This document shows positions 35,712 through 48,318 of a stretch of DNA of 56,769 nt, piece by piece; within the stretch, counting starts at the first letter, position 1, and the number at the start of each line of letters is the position of its first letter. This stretch comes from Mesotaenium endlicherianum. Taxonomy: Eukaryota. The DNA is taken from positions 1 through 56,769 of the forward strand of contig WELA01001339.1 of NCBI GenBank assembly GCA_009602735.1. The letters run 5' to 3'. Position numbers and translations under genes: made by a program. The notes under the pieces were generated by a model that ran no database searches, was not told where the DNA came from, and saw only the letters and a program-made list of their open reading frames with translations.

Positions 35712-36833
35712 TAAAGTGATTTACCAGCTTCTCGAGAACAAAAATGTTTCAACGCCCCTTTTGCATTGACCAAATGGTCCTTAAATTCCCATGTGTCCCC
35801 AAATGCATCATATCCTTTCCATCTGAGTAAGTACTTCATATGTATTTAGATGACCGACGAATTAATCGTGCATCGATTATCTGATCGACCTCATACTCCT
35901 TAGGATCACCATCCCGGACGGCGGGAACTGGGCTCGATTGGACCGATAATCGACCTGTGAACAGTGCGTCACTCTTGATGTATGGTTCCAAGAGAGACAT
36001 TAAAGATTGAGTGTCTCTTATATTCAGCTGACATGTTCAATTTGTATGCATTTTGACCGACTCGACGCACCACCAAATATGGACTGACCTAAACAAGACC
36101 AAGCTTTTTCTTGATGACCCAGGAAGGTACAGGTGTTGAGAATGCAATTTCACCTTAGATTATGTCAATTTTTGACGGTGTTGATTAGCATATTTTTGTT
36201 GGGTTTCTTGTGCCTTATAAATGTTCTGTTGGACTTCTGATAGGGTGTCAGCGAACTCTTGGGTTAACTGGAGGGACGACGGGTTGTCAATCCCCTTAGG
36301 GTGTGTCAAAGAGTCCCCTAGGACATCTAAGGTTAGGCACCCTCCCCAACCTGAGTTCGAACGAGGACTTAGGAATTCTACCCAAGCTCAGTTTGAACAG
36401 TGACTGTGCTGTTGACGCATGAAAAGCGCTGTTCACAGCAAATTGAATTTGAGGCAACAGCTCATCCCAAGTATCTTGTTTTTTATTGATGTAAGCTCTT
36501 AGCACCTCCTGCAGAACTCTGTTGGTTCTCTCACTTTGCCCATTGATCCGAGGGTGGTTAATTGTGCTTAGCAGCTGTTTGACTCCCATTAATCCCATTT
36601 TAGCTCTCCAAAATTTAAAGGTGAACTTTGAGTCTCTATCTGATAACATGTTAAAAGGTAGTCTGTAGCCCATGTTGGCATACTACATTGTAATGAGATT
36701 GTCTTGCAGTTTTGTGTGCAATTACTTTCACAATGGTAAGGATGAAAATGACCAACTATGCCACTTGATTTATTATTACCAAAATAAAATCATGCCCATT
36801 GGCAGTTCATGGTAGTGTTACCACCCAATCCAA
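35712..36833 (-). pseudogene. pol: Copy D integrase core and chromodomain relic
   Basis: SDRDSKFT, GQSERTNRVL; aligns to A 3340-4436. Confidence 0.88.
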
Positions 36834-39800
36834 CACTAGATAGCCCACGGTAACTCACACTTTTTGATGCATCTACTACCTTTACTTTTAAATTTTTTGT
36901 GATCACAATAGTAGTCCAATCATACGATGAAGCACAGATTTTGAAAACTTACATCACAATCTTGCTAACCACATCTTTGTTTTTTTAAGATGAATTTTTT
37001 TATGAGTGAAAAATCAAAAAAAATAGCGCCAAAATTGCAAAATTTGGGTCATCATATCTCTACAAACATTAGTTTCTAGGACATGGGAATTTAGCCAGGA
37101 GTATGTATATGGGTAGTTACTACATGTGCAAAATTTGGGGCCCATTGGAGAAGTAATCAGCCTTATGGAGCTCTTAGCAAATATGCACCAAATATGATGT
37201 GCAAAAAAAGCATGATGCAACAAGCGTTTCAATGGACAGCTTCACATAGCATGACTTTGTGAAGTGCACACATATCACATAGATTTGAAACTTGACACAT
37301 AATTTACTTTTGTCCTTGGCTTGTTGAATTAATTTTTTTTTTAATTTAAATCTTTAGAACATGAATTAATTATTACAAATAATCATCATGCAAAGGCAAA
37401 GTGAACAGCAATTTTTTTTAAAAAAATACAAAAATCAAATACAAGATGATGAACTCATTTATGTTCTGTCTTCACACATTTCACTGAGTCTCACTACAAT
37501 TATTTACATTTTCTACCAGATCAGCTCAGTTTTGTCGATTCTCGCCTATTTGTGTCTCCTAAGACCTCTTCTCTCTAAAAGGTCCTTCATCTAGATGGAC
37601 AATAACCCTGGTGGTGTGGTATACATGAAAGCAGGGAGCACCACACAAGTAAACATTACATGACATACACTAGTAATCACTAAGCTTAGCTCTCTCTCTG
37701 TTGGCACGTTAACCAAACGTACCCGCAACACACACGACACAATACTTCCTCTTCTCAACTTATGTAGGAAAGTGTCTTCCAATGAACCTGCCTTCTGCTG
37801 TAAGTTGTGCTGCAACTACCCTGGTTGCCACTCCACTAGGTCTTGCTTCATCGGGGTGCTGGAAAGAGCACGTGTTATCCACGATGTCTATGTATGTGTC
37901 GTACCTGTCTGCCTTCGGCTGCACCATCTTGTACATGATGAAGACATTGGCAAAAAGGCCATCCCAAATGCCCCAATATGCCCTGTGCCACCACTTCCTG
38001 TTAACCAAGACTCTCTCAGCACTGTAACCTCTCTTCAAACAATAGGTATCATACTGATCAGCAGCATCTTTGTACATATTGTAATGCTCTACTAGCTCAG
38101 GGGCTGGAATTCTAAGTTTTTCTTTTTCGTTGCGTCTACTCTGTATAGTGGGGGCCAGCCCTTTGGCTGTTGACAAAAAAACACATGGAGCTTTATCATT
38201 CCACACAGCAGCTACCATAGGGGGTTGCTCATTGTAAGCTGCAAGAGTGTAGCATTTAGAGTGGGTGTGAGGCTTCATGTATAACGACTGTTTTGGATAG
38301 TTCTTTCTAGTGGAAACTACAGAACCTGTGGCTCCATGTCCTAGCTGTGCGAGTTTAGAAAAGAGGTGTGGAAAGGTGAAGCCTCTGTCAAGTATGAGAG
38401 TGAAGCATCTGCCTACAGGAAGCATAGCTACTAAGTCTAACACAATGTCAATCTTTGCACCTTCTTTCTTTACTTTATCATATATGATGAAGGCATAGCA
38501 GAAATATGTAATTGCATCACAGATTGTAAGGACTTATAAACCATATTTATACGACTTTGATGCATTGTACACTCTAACAGAACACTGTCTACTTCGGATG
38601 GGTATGGTTCTTGCATCAACTGTGAGAGTACTACTTGGACTATAGTACTTGGCAAAATTCTGTAGGCACAAATTTGTGAAATGTTGCAATTGCCAAAACT
38701 TGTATGTTCTAGAGTCTGTAGGAAAACAACCTCTCTGTCTATTGTCCTTCTTATTTGTTTGAATCTAATCTTGCTCATGAACTTGCCAAAGCTAGGGAGA
38801 GTGATAGGTCCTTTCACTGTCTTCTGCCAGTAACTCTTGAGCCTAGGGAGAGCATGTAACCCCATAGCCATACACAATCCATGAAAGACAACCATCTCGG
38901 ATCATGTCATAGGAATCCAGCCCCTCACAGTGTGTTGTGATGCATATTTATTTGTCTCTATTAACCAATTGCTGGAAAAAAGCAATAGGTATGAAGAGAC
39001 AAAAGATTCCAAAGGGACTCAGACCTTTGAATCTCTTGTCTCGGATGCCTTGGAGGCCATGTTGGTGTTCTTTACTCGGCTGCAGCAGGTCTTCTTGACA
39101 GGTGTCTCCAGGAGCATGCACCTTCCAGTCCCACACCTCTTCATACTCTTTCTCCTCCTCCTCTACTATCATAGTTGCTGCAAGAGGAACCTCTTCTGTG
39201 TCTTCAGAATCCGAGAAGTCTTCTTCTTCAGAGCTGCTGCTGTCAAACCCAAACTCAGAATCTAAAAAAACTTCCTTGCCTTTCTTACTAAACATAGGCT
39301 TGCCTTGAAACATGAATTTGCTTCTTCCTGCAGGCGCTGCTATTTTGTTAGAGTCTGCAGGTTTGCCCCTCTTCTTGCTAGGTTGACTGTCAATAAGGCT
39401 AGTCTCAGTCCCCTCCAACTCTGCACTGACTTGTGTGTCCAAAATAGCTGCCTGAGACACTCTAAATGATACCTGAGGGTCATCTTGACTCTCGGGTGCT
39501 TTTGTCGCCTCTGGCTGCTGTTCTTGCTCACTTAGCCGCATGTATACTCTCTTAGAAAATTCATGCCATGTGCCAAAGTCTTTCTTAAAGGCACCTTCAA
39601 CAAACTCTTGTGTAAATTTCTGTCTAGACTTATCATAGACAAAGAACACCTGATAAACGACGCCATGGCTCTTTTGGGCCTCAATCAGCTTCTTGACCAC
39701 TCCCTCCAACAACACTTCTTCCCAATATGTATCAAATCTTTCATGAGCCCACGGATTGCCAAAGTGAGCAGCGGGTATGAGAATTTTTGTTCCTAAGAGA

Positions 39801-40116
39801 GCGTCAAGAGAGCAACCAGCGGCAGCCATGGCAAAAGAGGTCTCGCAAAAAAGAAGGACTTTCGCGTTCAGTTTCAATGACTTTTTTCATCGAAATTGAT
39901 TTTGGCATCGTACACATTTTGATGTAACTTGTACGTAAGAAGTCGGTTTGACCTGTCGATTTAATTCTGAACACGTTGCGATATACCCCACCGTTTAAGA
40001 CTAATTTCACTTTAAAGGAGTAAGTATATAGATATTTATGGTAGAGACAAAGAGGGCAAGTAGTTGCATCAAAATGTGTGAGTTGCATCACATATGATGC
40101 TCCGGGCTATCGAGTG
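36834..40116 (-). mobile_element. piggyBac-like DNA transposon 1
   Basis: 13-bp TIR CACT(A/C)GATAGCCC; 20-bp inner inverted repeats (36852-36871 / 40065-40084); flanks CCAA/TTAG. Confidence 0.85.
37560..39829 (-). pseudogene. piggyBac transposase with N-terminal extension and C-terminal Cys-rich domain (left boundary approximate)
   Basis: LCMAMGL, ILDRGFT, HYNMYKDAADQYD, KWWHR, terminal CxxC motifs; frameshifted. Confidence 0.85.
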
Positions 40117-41240
40117 TTAGATAGTTTCCCATCTCCCAGCTACAAAAGATAATGGTGGCAATAACACCTCTGGAGGTGTGTGCCTAGACTTATTCTTTTG
40201 ACACTGATCACATAACTTAACATGTTTTAAGACCTTCCGAGGCAACCCTTCCCAATAGTAGTGTTTTGCCAATTTGCCAAGAGCTTTGGCCTGCCCCAAG
40301 TGTCCACCCAGTAAATTGTCATGAGCTTCACTCACTAATAAAGACCTTAAACCCAAGTTATTAGGAATGACCAACTTTAGCCTTCCTGAAGTGGTCTCAT
40401 TTATCGAGACCTCACCTTTCATCCTATAACCGAGTGTAGTAGCAAAACACACATTATCAGCTGGGCTGGGCTCAAATGTTGGATCAGAAAGGTAGGTTTT
40501 CCTAAGTTGTTCAAAGAAGGACATTTTCACCTTTAATGAAGTGAGGGCACAAAGGGCCTGGCCTATCAACAGCATTCAGATCAAGGTATTTTTCTTGGAA
40601 TCAGGTCTTTTGAAGAGAGCATCATACGAATTCAACTTCCCTGGTTTGTAGTCAATTTGAACTTGGAACTGCTCCAACATCTGGCTCCAGAGCTTCTCCC
40701 TCCTTGACAGCTTTAATTTCTTATGGAAATGAGTCAAAGCTAGATTATTTGTAATCACATTAGAAGCTTTCCCATGTTAGTATGCTCTCCACTGTTTGAG
40801 AACATGAATAATAGCTAACAGATCTTTGTCATGCACAGAGTAATTAACCTCAGCTGGATTGAACTTCAGGGATTCATACAGCACAGGATGCAAGTCCCGC
40901 TTTGCCTTACCATCGTTTGTGGTTTTGTCAAGCATGTTGCAACAAAATAGCACCCATGGCAAGTCAGAAGCACCAGGGACCACCTGCATAGGTTTGCTGG
41001 GGTCATACACAGTGAGAACAGGGGCAAAACACATAGCATTTTTGAGGGTCTGGAGGGCAGCTTGCTGCTTTTCCCCCCACACATGTCGTATGTCCTTTTT
41101 AGTGAGAGCAATCAGTTTACTAACCTTAGAAGAGTAGTTCTTAATAAATCTCATCTAGTAGTTAGCCAATCCGAGAAAGGATCTAATCTTTGAGACAGAC
41201 TGAGGTACTGACCAGTCCCTTACGGTCTGGAGATTCTTTG
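40117..41240 (-). pseudogene. pol: Copy D RNase H / integrase zinc-finger relic
   Basis: Aligns to A ~4440-5570. Confidence 0.88.
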
Positions 41241-42439
41241 TGAAATGAATCTTGCTTCAAGATAAATATATTTCATTTAAATATATAAGATAGAGATAGG
41301 TGGAAGCGTGTAAAGTCAAGGAGCGATCTTTGCCCTTATAATGAATTCCGTTTAAACTCATCTATACCCCTTGACTCACTTACCGTAATGTGCCATAACT
41401 GCACACTAACTCAAGGCACAAGAAAGAGGCGAACTTGAGGACAAGAGCTTCTCCTTTAGAAACTCATGAACTCTTGCCTACTAGGCATACAAGCATGTAT
41501 AGGCACATACACAACATCAGAGGACTGAATAACAAGGGCGCTCTCATTCAGATGACCATAACGTAGCTAAAACACATCCAATGACTTAGGTGCAAAACCA
41601 TGGAATCTGTCCGCTATGTGACCCCGGAATGTCAGAAGCCATAACGCTCTCAATGCCTCTTCAAATTGAGCAAACTCAACGGCAACGGACGCGTCTTGAC
41701 GAGACCTTTCCGAAACGTCCTAGTTCGCTCCATTTGGAGCATAGACGAGGAAGCCATGTGAATTTTTGTGAAAGCTGGTCATAATAACGAACCCAAAAGT
41801 GCACACATCACTTGCAAGTAGAAATCCGACTCTGAAGCCTATTGTCCAGAATGGAGGACCACGAGATCCCAGCCTGCTATGTACCTAGTGACCACGTGGT
41901 TGACCACGGCACAAGGTGCGCCGTTTCGTGAGAAACCCGTTAAGTTGGGACCCACATATCTAGGTATAACGACCGTATTAATTGGTGGGTTGACTGAAGT
42001 CCTAACTGTTCAGTTGACTGACGACGGCTCCGCCCACCCAGGAGTTAACCACACCGGTAGGACATTGGGTTACCAAATCTCAGTCAACCTCCCGACTTTT
42101 AGTATACTACGGTCACACGTGCCAATCTACAAATACTTATCTAGATGAGTATATCTATCCTCAGCGTACTGAGTCCAAGTATATTGACTATTATTCTACG
42201 AGCTTACTATATATGAAACTATTGATATTATGTCCTATATATATACAGATAATCTCAGCAAACTACACTATGATACAAAAGTCATCCTGCTGACCTTTTT
42301 TACAAAGTAAGTAAACTCGCATTATATTGATACATATTCATTTGGATGAACTTGCACATGTGAGTATATTGACATGTTACTTTTTTAGAGACATATGTGC
42401 ATGTACAAATAATTAGATAAATAATGAACCTTCATTACA
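41241..42439 (-). repeat. Solo LTR (1199 bp) of a distant family-A relative
   Basis: Same TGAAATGAATC...TTCATTACA termini, TSD CTTTG on both sides, shared ~60-bp core. Confidence 0.85.
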
Positions 42440-42444
42440 CTTTG

Positions 42445-43822
42445 GGTCAACACTGATGCCCTCCTTACTGACAACATGACCCAAGAAGTCAATACTCTCC
42501 TTAAAAAAGGACCTTTGCTCCTTGTAGCATATAACTATTCCTTTCTGAGAGTTTCCATCACCATCCTAAGATGCTCAGTATGCTCAGACTCATTTTTAGA
42601 GGAAATCAGGATGTTATCCAAAAAGACTTGCACAAACTTATCCAAATAAGGCTTGAAAATGTCATCACAGCACCCATGAAGGTAGACAGGAGCATTAGTC
42701 AGACCAAAAGGCATCACAATAAACTTATAGTGTGCATACCTTGTGCAAAAATCAGTCTCGTGTTCATCCCCCTCACCAACACTAATTTGATGATACCCAC
42801 TCTTAAGATCAACTTTACTAAACACTTTAGCGCTAGACAGTGTATCAAGTAAATCCTCAACCATAAGTAAAGCATACTTGTTTTTCCTCGAGTTCCTTAA
42901 TCTGTGCTTTTATCTCTTCACTCTCCACATGAGACAAGCCATAAGTGCGTTGCCAAGGTGGCTGACTCCCAGGTACCAGATCAATCTTATGATTTACCTA
43001 CCTTTGAGGTGGCAACCCCGGGGGCATGTTGAAAACATCATCATACTTGGCAACAATGTTTGCAGCAGTGGGTTGCTGTGGAGGACTTATTTTTTCTCAA
43101 CCAATTCTTCAGATTGAGGAGATACCTCTTTGAGTAGTAGACAAAACATTTTGTCCTCCGTTTGGTTCTAGCTTTGAATAAACTCCAGTGCATTCAGCAA
43201 CTTGCATCCTCCCGGAAGCCTTTCTTTTTCCTTCATTTGCCATCCATACGGGACAAGAGGAAGAGCACTGGTGGGTGCCAGGTTTGTCTGCCAATCACTG
43301 GCTCTTCTCACTTTAACTGTACCACTGCTACAATACACTTCAGCTTCATGTCTATTCAGCCAGCTACTACCTAGCACGAGATCATAAAAGCTAGTGTTGA
43401 GTACCTCTGATGTAAGCGTTTCAGTTAAAGCTGCAATGCCAGAACCTAACGAGACCTCAATAGGCTTGATTATAATTCCTCTCGGGATACTTGAGGCATC
43501 TCCAACAAATATTTTTATATTTCCTTGGGTGACAGTAGGCAGCCTTAGCCGCTTAACTAAGTCCTTATGGATAAAAGTATGTGACGCTCCTCTGTCAACA
43601 AATGCCCTCACCTTTCTACCTGTAATCATGCGATGCAGTAGAATAGGAGGGACTGACTCTTCTTGACTTTTGCATCGGTCTCCTTACTTAGCAAGAGATG
43701 TTGAACATCAGGTGGAATAAGACCATCTAGAGTGTGCACTCTCTAGAGATCTATATTGTTGATGGTCTCCTTTATCTGGTTGTCAGATATGCATAGTGAA
43801 TCCAATTCAGCAGGGCCCTTAA
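42445..43822 (-). pseudogene. pol: Copy D protease/RT relic
   Basis: [22 protein letters not shown]. Confidence 0.88.
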
Positions 43823-44118
43823 CATTAAATAGCCCGGAGGTCCCTACATGGACCAACTGTCACTTTCTTGACCAACTACTTGGCCCTCTGGTATGTGCTC
43901 GGAATTTCTTAATACTTATTTGGTTTTTGTGAAATTAATCTCAAACGATAGCTTATGTCGCAAAGAACCTGGCATTAAGTCAACAGGTCAAAATGACCAA
44001 GTATGGGGCCGGGGGGGTCGAACGGGCCAATCCAAATTTTCAGTTTCTTCAAACAGAAGGTCCTTTTTCGCGACTTAAACTGCTGTTTTTTTCTTGCAGT
44101 TCTTTGCTAACTTCCGCC

Positions 44119-45777
44119 ATGGCCGACGTAGAAAGCTCGCGCGACTCTCTTTAAGGGGCTCGGATACTATTTTCGATTGTAATCTTTGGTCGTACGTGGG
44201 CGTATGATAAATTTGGAGATGATTGTGAGGAATTTGACCTGTCGGGAGATGAGATAAAAAGAGGTAAGGGTAAGAGGGGGCAAGAGCACCATTATGTCGT
44301 CTTCTTTGCTTTTGACAAGACTAAACCAAAGTACACTCGAGCGTTGTTTGAATCAAACCTTCGAGATGATGCAGATGATTTTGAAAAGGTTAGTTTGGGC
44401 GTTTACAAGAGGAAAACAGTAGCTTCTCAACGGGATTCACAACCGGGATCTTTGGAGTTGTTCAGAGAGTCACAGAGAGCTATTCTTGACATACAAGTCA
44501 GTGATGAACAGCAGGTTACACCTCCTAGCATGCTAGTGAGTCAAACCGGGTCTGAGCAAAGTAAGAAGAGAGGGAGACCTTTCAAGAAGTACAATATTGT
44601 AGCTCCTGCACAGAGGAGTAAATTCATGTCTGATACTGTTACAATTAGCAGAAAAGAGAAGGGCAAGCAGGTACAGTTAGACTCTGATGATGAAGAAGCC
44701 GGTGCCTCAAGCTCTGATGGAGAGAGCTCGGAGGAGGAGGACCTGCCAACAGCTGCAAGCTTGGAGGAGGTGGAGGAGGAGGAGCAAGAAGCCTCGAAAG
44801 ATGAAGATGTGCTACCTGTCTGGGATTGGCAGCCTGCTGCTCCTGGAGAGACCTATGAGGAGGACCTGCTAAAGACAAGTAAGCAGCACCACCATGGATT
44901 GCAAGGAATCTTTGACAGGAGGTTCAAGGCCTTGTCTCCTTTGGAGTCTTTTGCCTGCTCATGCCAATCTGGTTCTTTGAGTAGCTTGCAGTAGAGACTA
45001 ACAAGTATGCTGCTCAAAGTCAGGCCAGGGGTTAAATCCCTGTCACTTGTACAGAAATTGTGGTCTTTCATGGGCTGTGTATGGCTATGGGCCTGCATGC
45101 TCTCCCTAGACTTAGTAAGTACTGGCAAAAAATTGTGAATGGACCTATTACCTTACCTTCTTTTGGTAGGTTCATGAGTAGAAATAGATTCAAAGACATT
45201 AGAAGGTACTTTCATGTGAAGGACAACAAAACTAGAGCCTACTTTCCTAAAGAGTCTAGGGAGTACAAATTATGGCAGCTGCAACCTTTCACTGACTTGT
45301 GTCACAAGACCTTTGCACAATACTATAGTCCAAGAGAAAACATGATTGTAGATGAGAGGACCATACCCATTAGAAACACACAATGTCCCATTAGAATCTA
45401 CAATCCCTATAAGCCTTGCAAGTATGGAATGGAAGTATTTTCTTTGTGCGATATGCTTTCATTTCATATGATAGAATAAAAGTTGATGGGTTGAAGATTA
45501 AGGTTATTCTAGACCCAGTGAGTATGTTGCCTGTAGGTAGAGTGTTCAATTTTGTCATTGACAGAGGCTTCACTTCCCCTGAGCTCTTGTCATTGCTAGC
45601 TAAGGAAGGGCATGGTGCTACAGCAACTGTTGTCAGAAATAGGAAAAACTTTCCAACCAATATGATATTCATATCCACCCATTAGGTTACAGTCTAGTTG
45701 CATATAATGAGCAGCCTGCTATGATTGCTTGTGTCTGGACTGATAGCAAACCTTGTGCTTTTCTGTCCACAGCCAAA
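44119..45777 (+). pseudogene. piggyBac transposase 2, 5' part
   Basis: FGRFMSRNRF, IVDERTIP, KPCKYG, VIDRGFTS. Confidence 0.87.
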
Positions 45778-47037
45778 TGAAATGAATCGACTTACCAAAC
45801 AGACGATTAACAATTAATTAAGATCTTTATATCAACAAGTAATCTTAATGGTATTTTTTGTTAATTGATTAAACGGCAAAGGACAACACCCTAGCAGTGG
45901 ACAATACTCGCAAGTCAAATGCAAGTAAACTAGCATCAATAATGCAATCAGTAAACTTATACATAAGCAAGGCTAGAAGACAGTGCATATCAATGGCCTT
46001 TCGCCTTGGATCCAGATATCTCTCAGTAAGCAGTACAAGAGAGTTGGCCTCGTTTTCGAATGCCAAACTCGAAAGCAATCTGAAAGGGGCAGAGTGCCCT
46101 AGTGGAAGCGTAGTGACTCACGAGAAAAAGAACTAGTTGCAATCATACTAAAGAGTGCAGCGGCATATCACTAAGAAAGCTTAAGAAAATTACTCAACAT
46201 CTTGAGTAACAAAAAACTGCTCACAAATGATGTAGGGTGGCAGGCCTTGTCATTGCAAACCCGTAGAAATTTACAGAAGTGAAAACTGATAAGAAACAAA
46301 GAAGTTATGCCTATTTATAATTTTCTGCCTAAGTGCTCCTCTCTAGGAGGAAGCTACGGAAACCTAAGTGTTTGTCAAATCGTCCCTTCCCGAATATTCG
46401 TGAGAAAGCCAGATCAGTCTCATCTGACGTGTCGGGCCGAATTGACGTCCACATACATGCATCGATATTACTAGAATATTCTATCTTAGACGCGCTTTGT
46501 AGTGATTTGAGTTATTATATATTAGTTTGCATATATTTTAATGTTTTCAAATATATTTGAAGTAGTATGGTGTGGAGTCAAGTGTGAATAGGTACTCTAG
46601 TAACTTGGTTCATGTCCTTTGAACCTTCCAAGGCATTTTCGAAGTTAGAGGAAAGACCTAGAAGAACTCCATGTGGCAAAAGTCAGATGTGCCATTTTTA
46701 GGTCAAAAGGACATGTGTACATTATTCTAGAAAGAGGTGGCAAGTTTTGGGATGTGTTGGGTGCCAACACATCAACATACACCTTCCTAGAAATTACTTA
46801 TGTAGCAAGTATATAAACAAGAGCTAGAACATAGAAAGACATTCCAGAATCACTCTTGTACTTGCCAAAATCCAGAAATATATTAACTTTCAAGAAGCCA
46901 TCTCTCTTTCAAGAAGCTACCACTTGTGTTCAAAGATCCTTGTCTTGAATAGATAAAGTATTCTGTTTTACTAAGTACTTTATCTATCTGTTTCACTACA
47001 GTGGTATCGGAGCTAGGCACTTTGGTAGCACAAGAAG

Positions 47038-48318
47038 ATGGCCGATCCTCAAGACCAACAGCAAGCTTTCGAAGGAAGCCCTTCCTCTCCAAGACACCCT
47101 CCTCCAGCGCCGATGGGAGAGCCCACTCAAGAAAATCTGCAACAACAAGAAGCACCACAAGGAGGAGCACACCCTCCTCCAGCGTCGATGGGAGAGCCTA
47201 CTCAAGGAAATCTGCAACAACAAGAAGCACCACAAGGAGGAGCACCGTCAAATCCCGTGGCAGCCGCTATAGCAAAGTTGACCCCACCACAAGGAGTTCC
47301 CGCAAATGAGTGGGCAGCCTTCCTAATGACCGTCCACAACCAAGTGGGCTTGGCCACCTATGAAGCAACCGTGCAAGCGTCAAGAGAAGCTATGGCTGCC
47401 ATGGTTGCCCCTATTGCGAGCAATGCTCAAAATCCAGCCCCGGCTCAAGCGCCTCCACAAGAGCCAACGAGAGCAAGGAAACTCATCAAGCCCGGCAAAC
47501 CCGACACTTTCAACCCCGGGAAAGGTGCCAACCTGAATTTATGGCTCTACCAAGTGGAGACGTACCTCGCGTTCCTTGAAGTACCCGAGGAGGACTACGT
47601 TCCCTTTGCCGTTACCTTACTTAGAGGAGCAGCAACATCATGGTGGCGTAACTATCAAGCGGCTATATATCAAGCTATGGCGCACCCCATGCTCGGCCAA
47701 GAGCCCCCACCATCATATGCAAGATGGGCAGATTTTCGTGAGGCCCTCAAGAAGCAATTCATGCCCATCAATGCGGAGAAGATTGCCCGAGGAAAGCTCC
47801 ACCATCTCAAGCAAACGACGTCCGTTCAAGAGTATACATCCAGATTTCACGCCCTCACTCTTGAGATCCCCAACATGTCTCTCGAGGAGAAGATTGACCG
47901 TTACATCTTTGGCCTCAAACCCAAGGTGGCAAAGGAAGTGGAGTTACGCGACTTGACGGACTTCTCAAAGATCATTGAAGTGGCCCAAAAGGTGGATACC
48001 TTGGATTTCAAGCACTCCGTGCCTTCATCTTCACGGGTACCGACGACGCGGGTGTACGCAGCCCCTTCCACATCCGAATCTGGACCCACACCCATGGAAA
48101 TCGGAGTTATTAAAAGGGACCCCGCGGCTGCCCGGAAGAGTGGAAGACCCTCCAATGACACTTATGATGCAAGAAACCAGCAAGGAGTGAAAGCAAGACT
48201 CTCCCCGGCTGAAAAAGAAGCTCTCATGACGGCTGGACTATGCTTCTATTGCAAGGAAAAGGGCCATCGTGCACTTTCATGCCCCAAAAAGTTGTCAAAA
48301 AACGGACAGCGCCGGTAG
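47038..48318 (+). CDS. gag: Gag of F
   Basis: [32 protein letters not shown]. Confidence 0.93.
   Translation: MADPQDQQQAFEGSPSSPRHPPPAPMGEPTQENLQQQEAPQGGAHPPPASMGEPTQGNLQQQEAPQGGAPSNPVAAAIAKLTPPQGVPANEWAAFLMTVHNQVGLATYEATVQASREAMAAMVAPIASNAQNPAPAQAPPQEPTRARKLIKPGKPDTFNPGKGANLNLWLYQVETYLAFLEVPEEDYVPFAVTLLRGAATSWWRNYQAAIYQAMAHPMLGQEPPPSYARWADFREALKKQFMPINAEKIARGKLHHLKQTTSVQEYTSRFHALTLEIPNMSLEEKIDRYIFGLKPKVAKEVELRDLTDFSKIIEVAQKVDTLDFKHSVPSSSRVPTTRVYAAPSTSESGPTPMEIGVIKRDPAAARKSGRPSNDTYDARNQQGVKARLSPAEKEALMTAGLCFYCKEKGHRALSCPKKLSKNGQRR
47095..47244 (+). repeat. 75-bp tandem duplication in the F gag N-terminus
   Basis: [23 protein letters not shown] x2. Confidence 0.9.

Noticed and set aside
36834..36846. 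Terminus reads CACTA, suggesting an EnSpm/CACTA element
   Set aside because: The transposase is piggyBac-type and the sister copy has a TTAA TSD, not 3 bp
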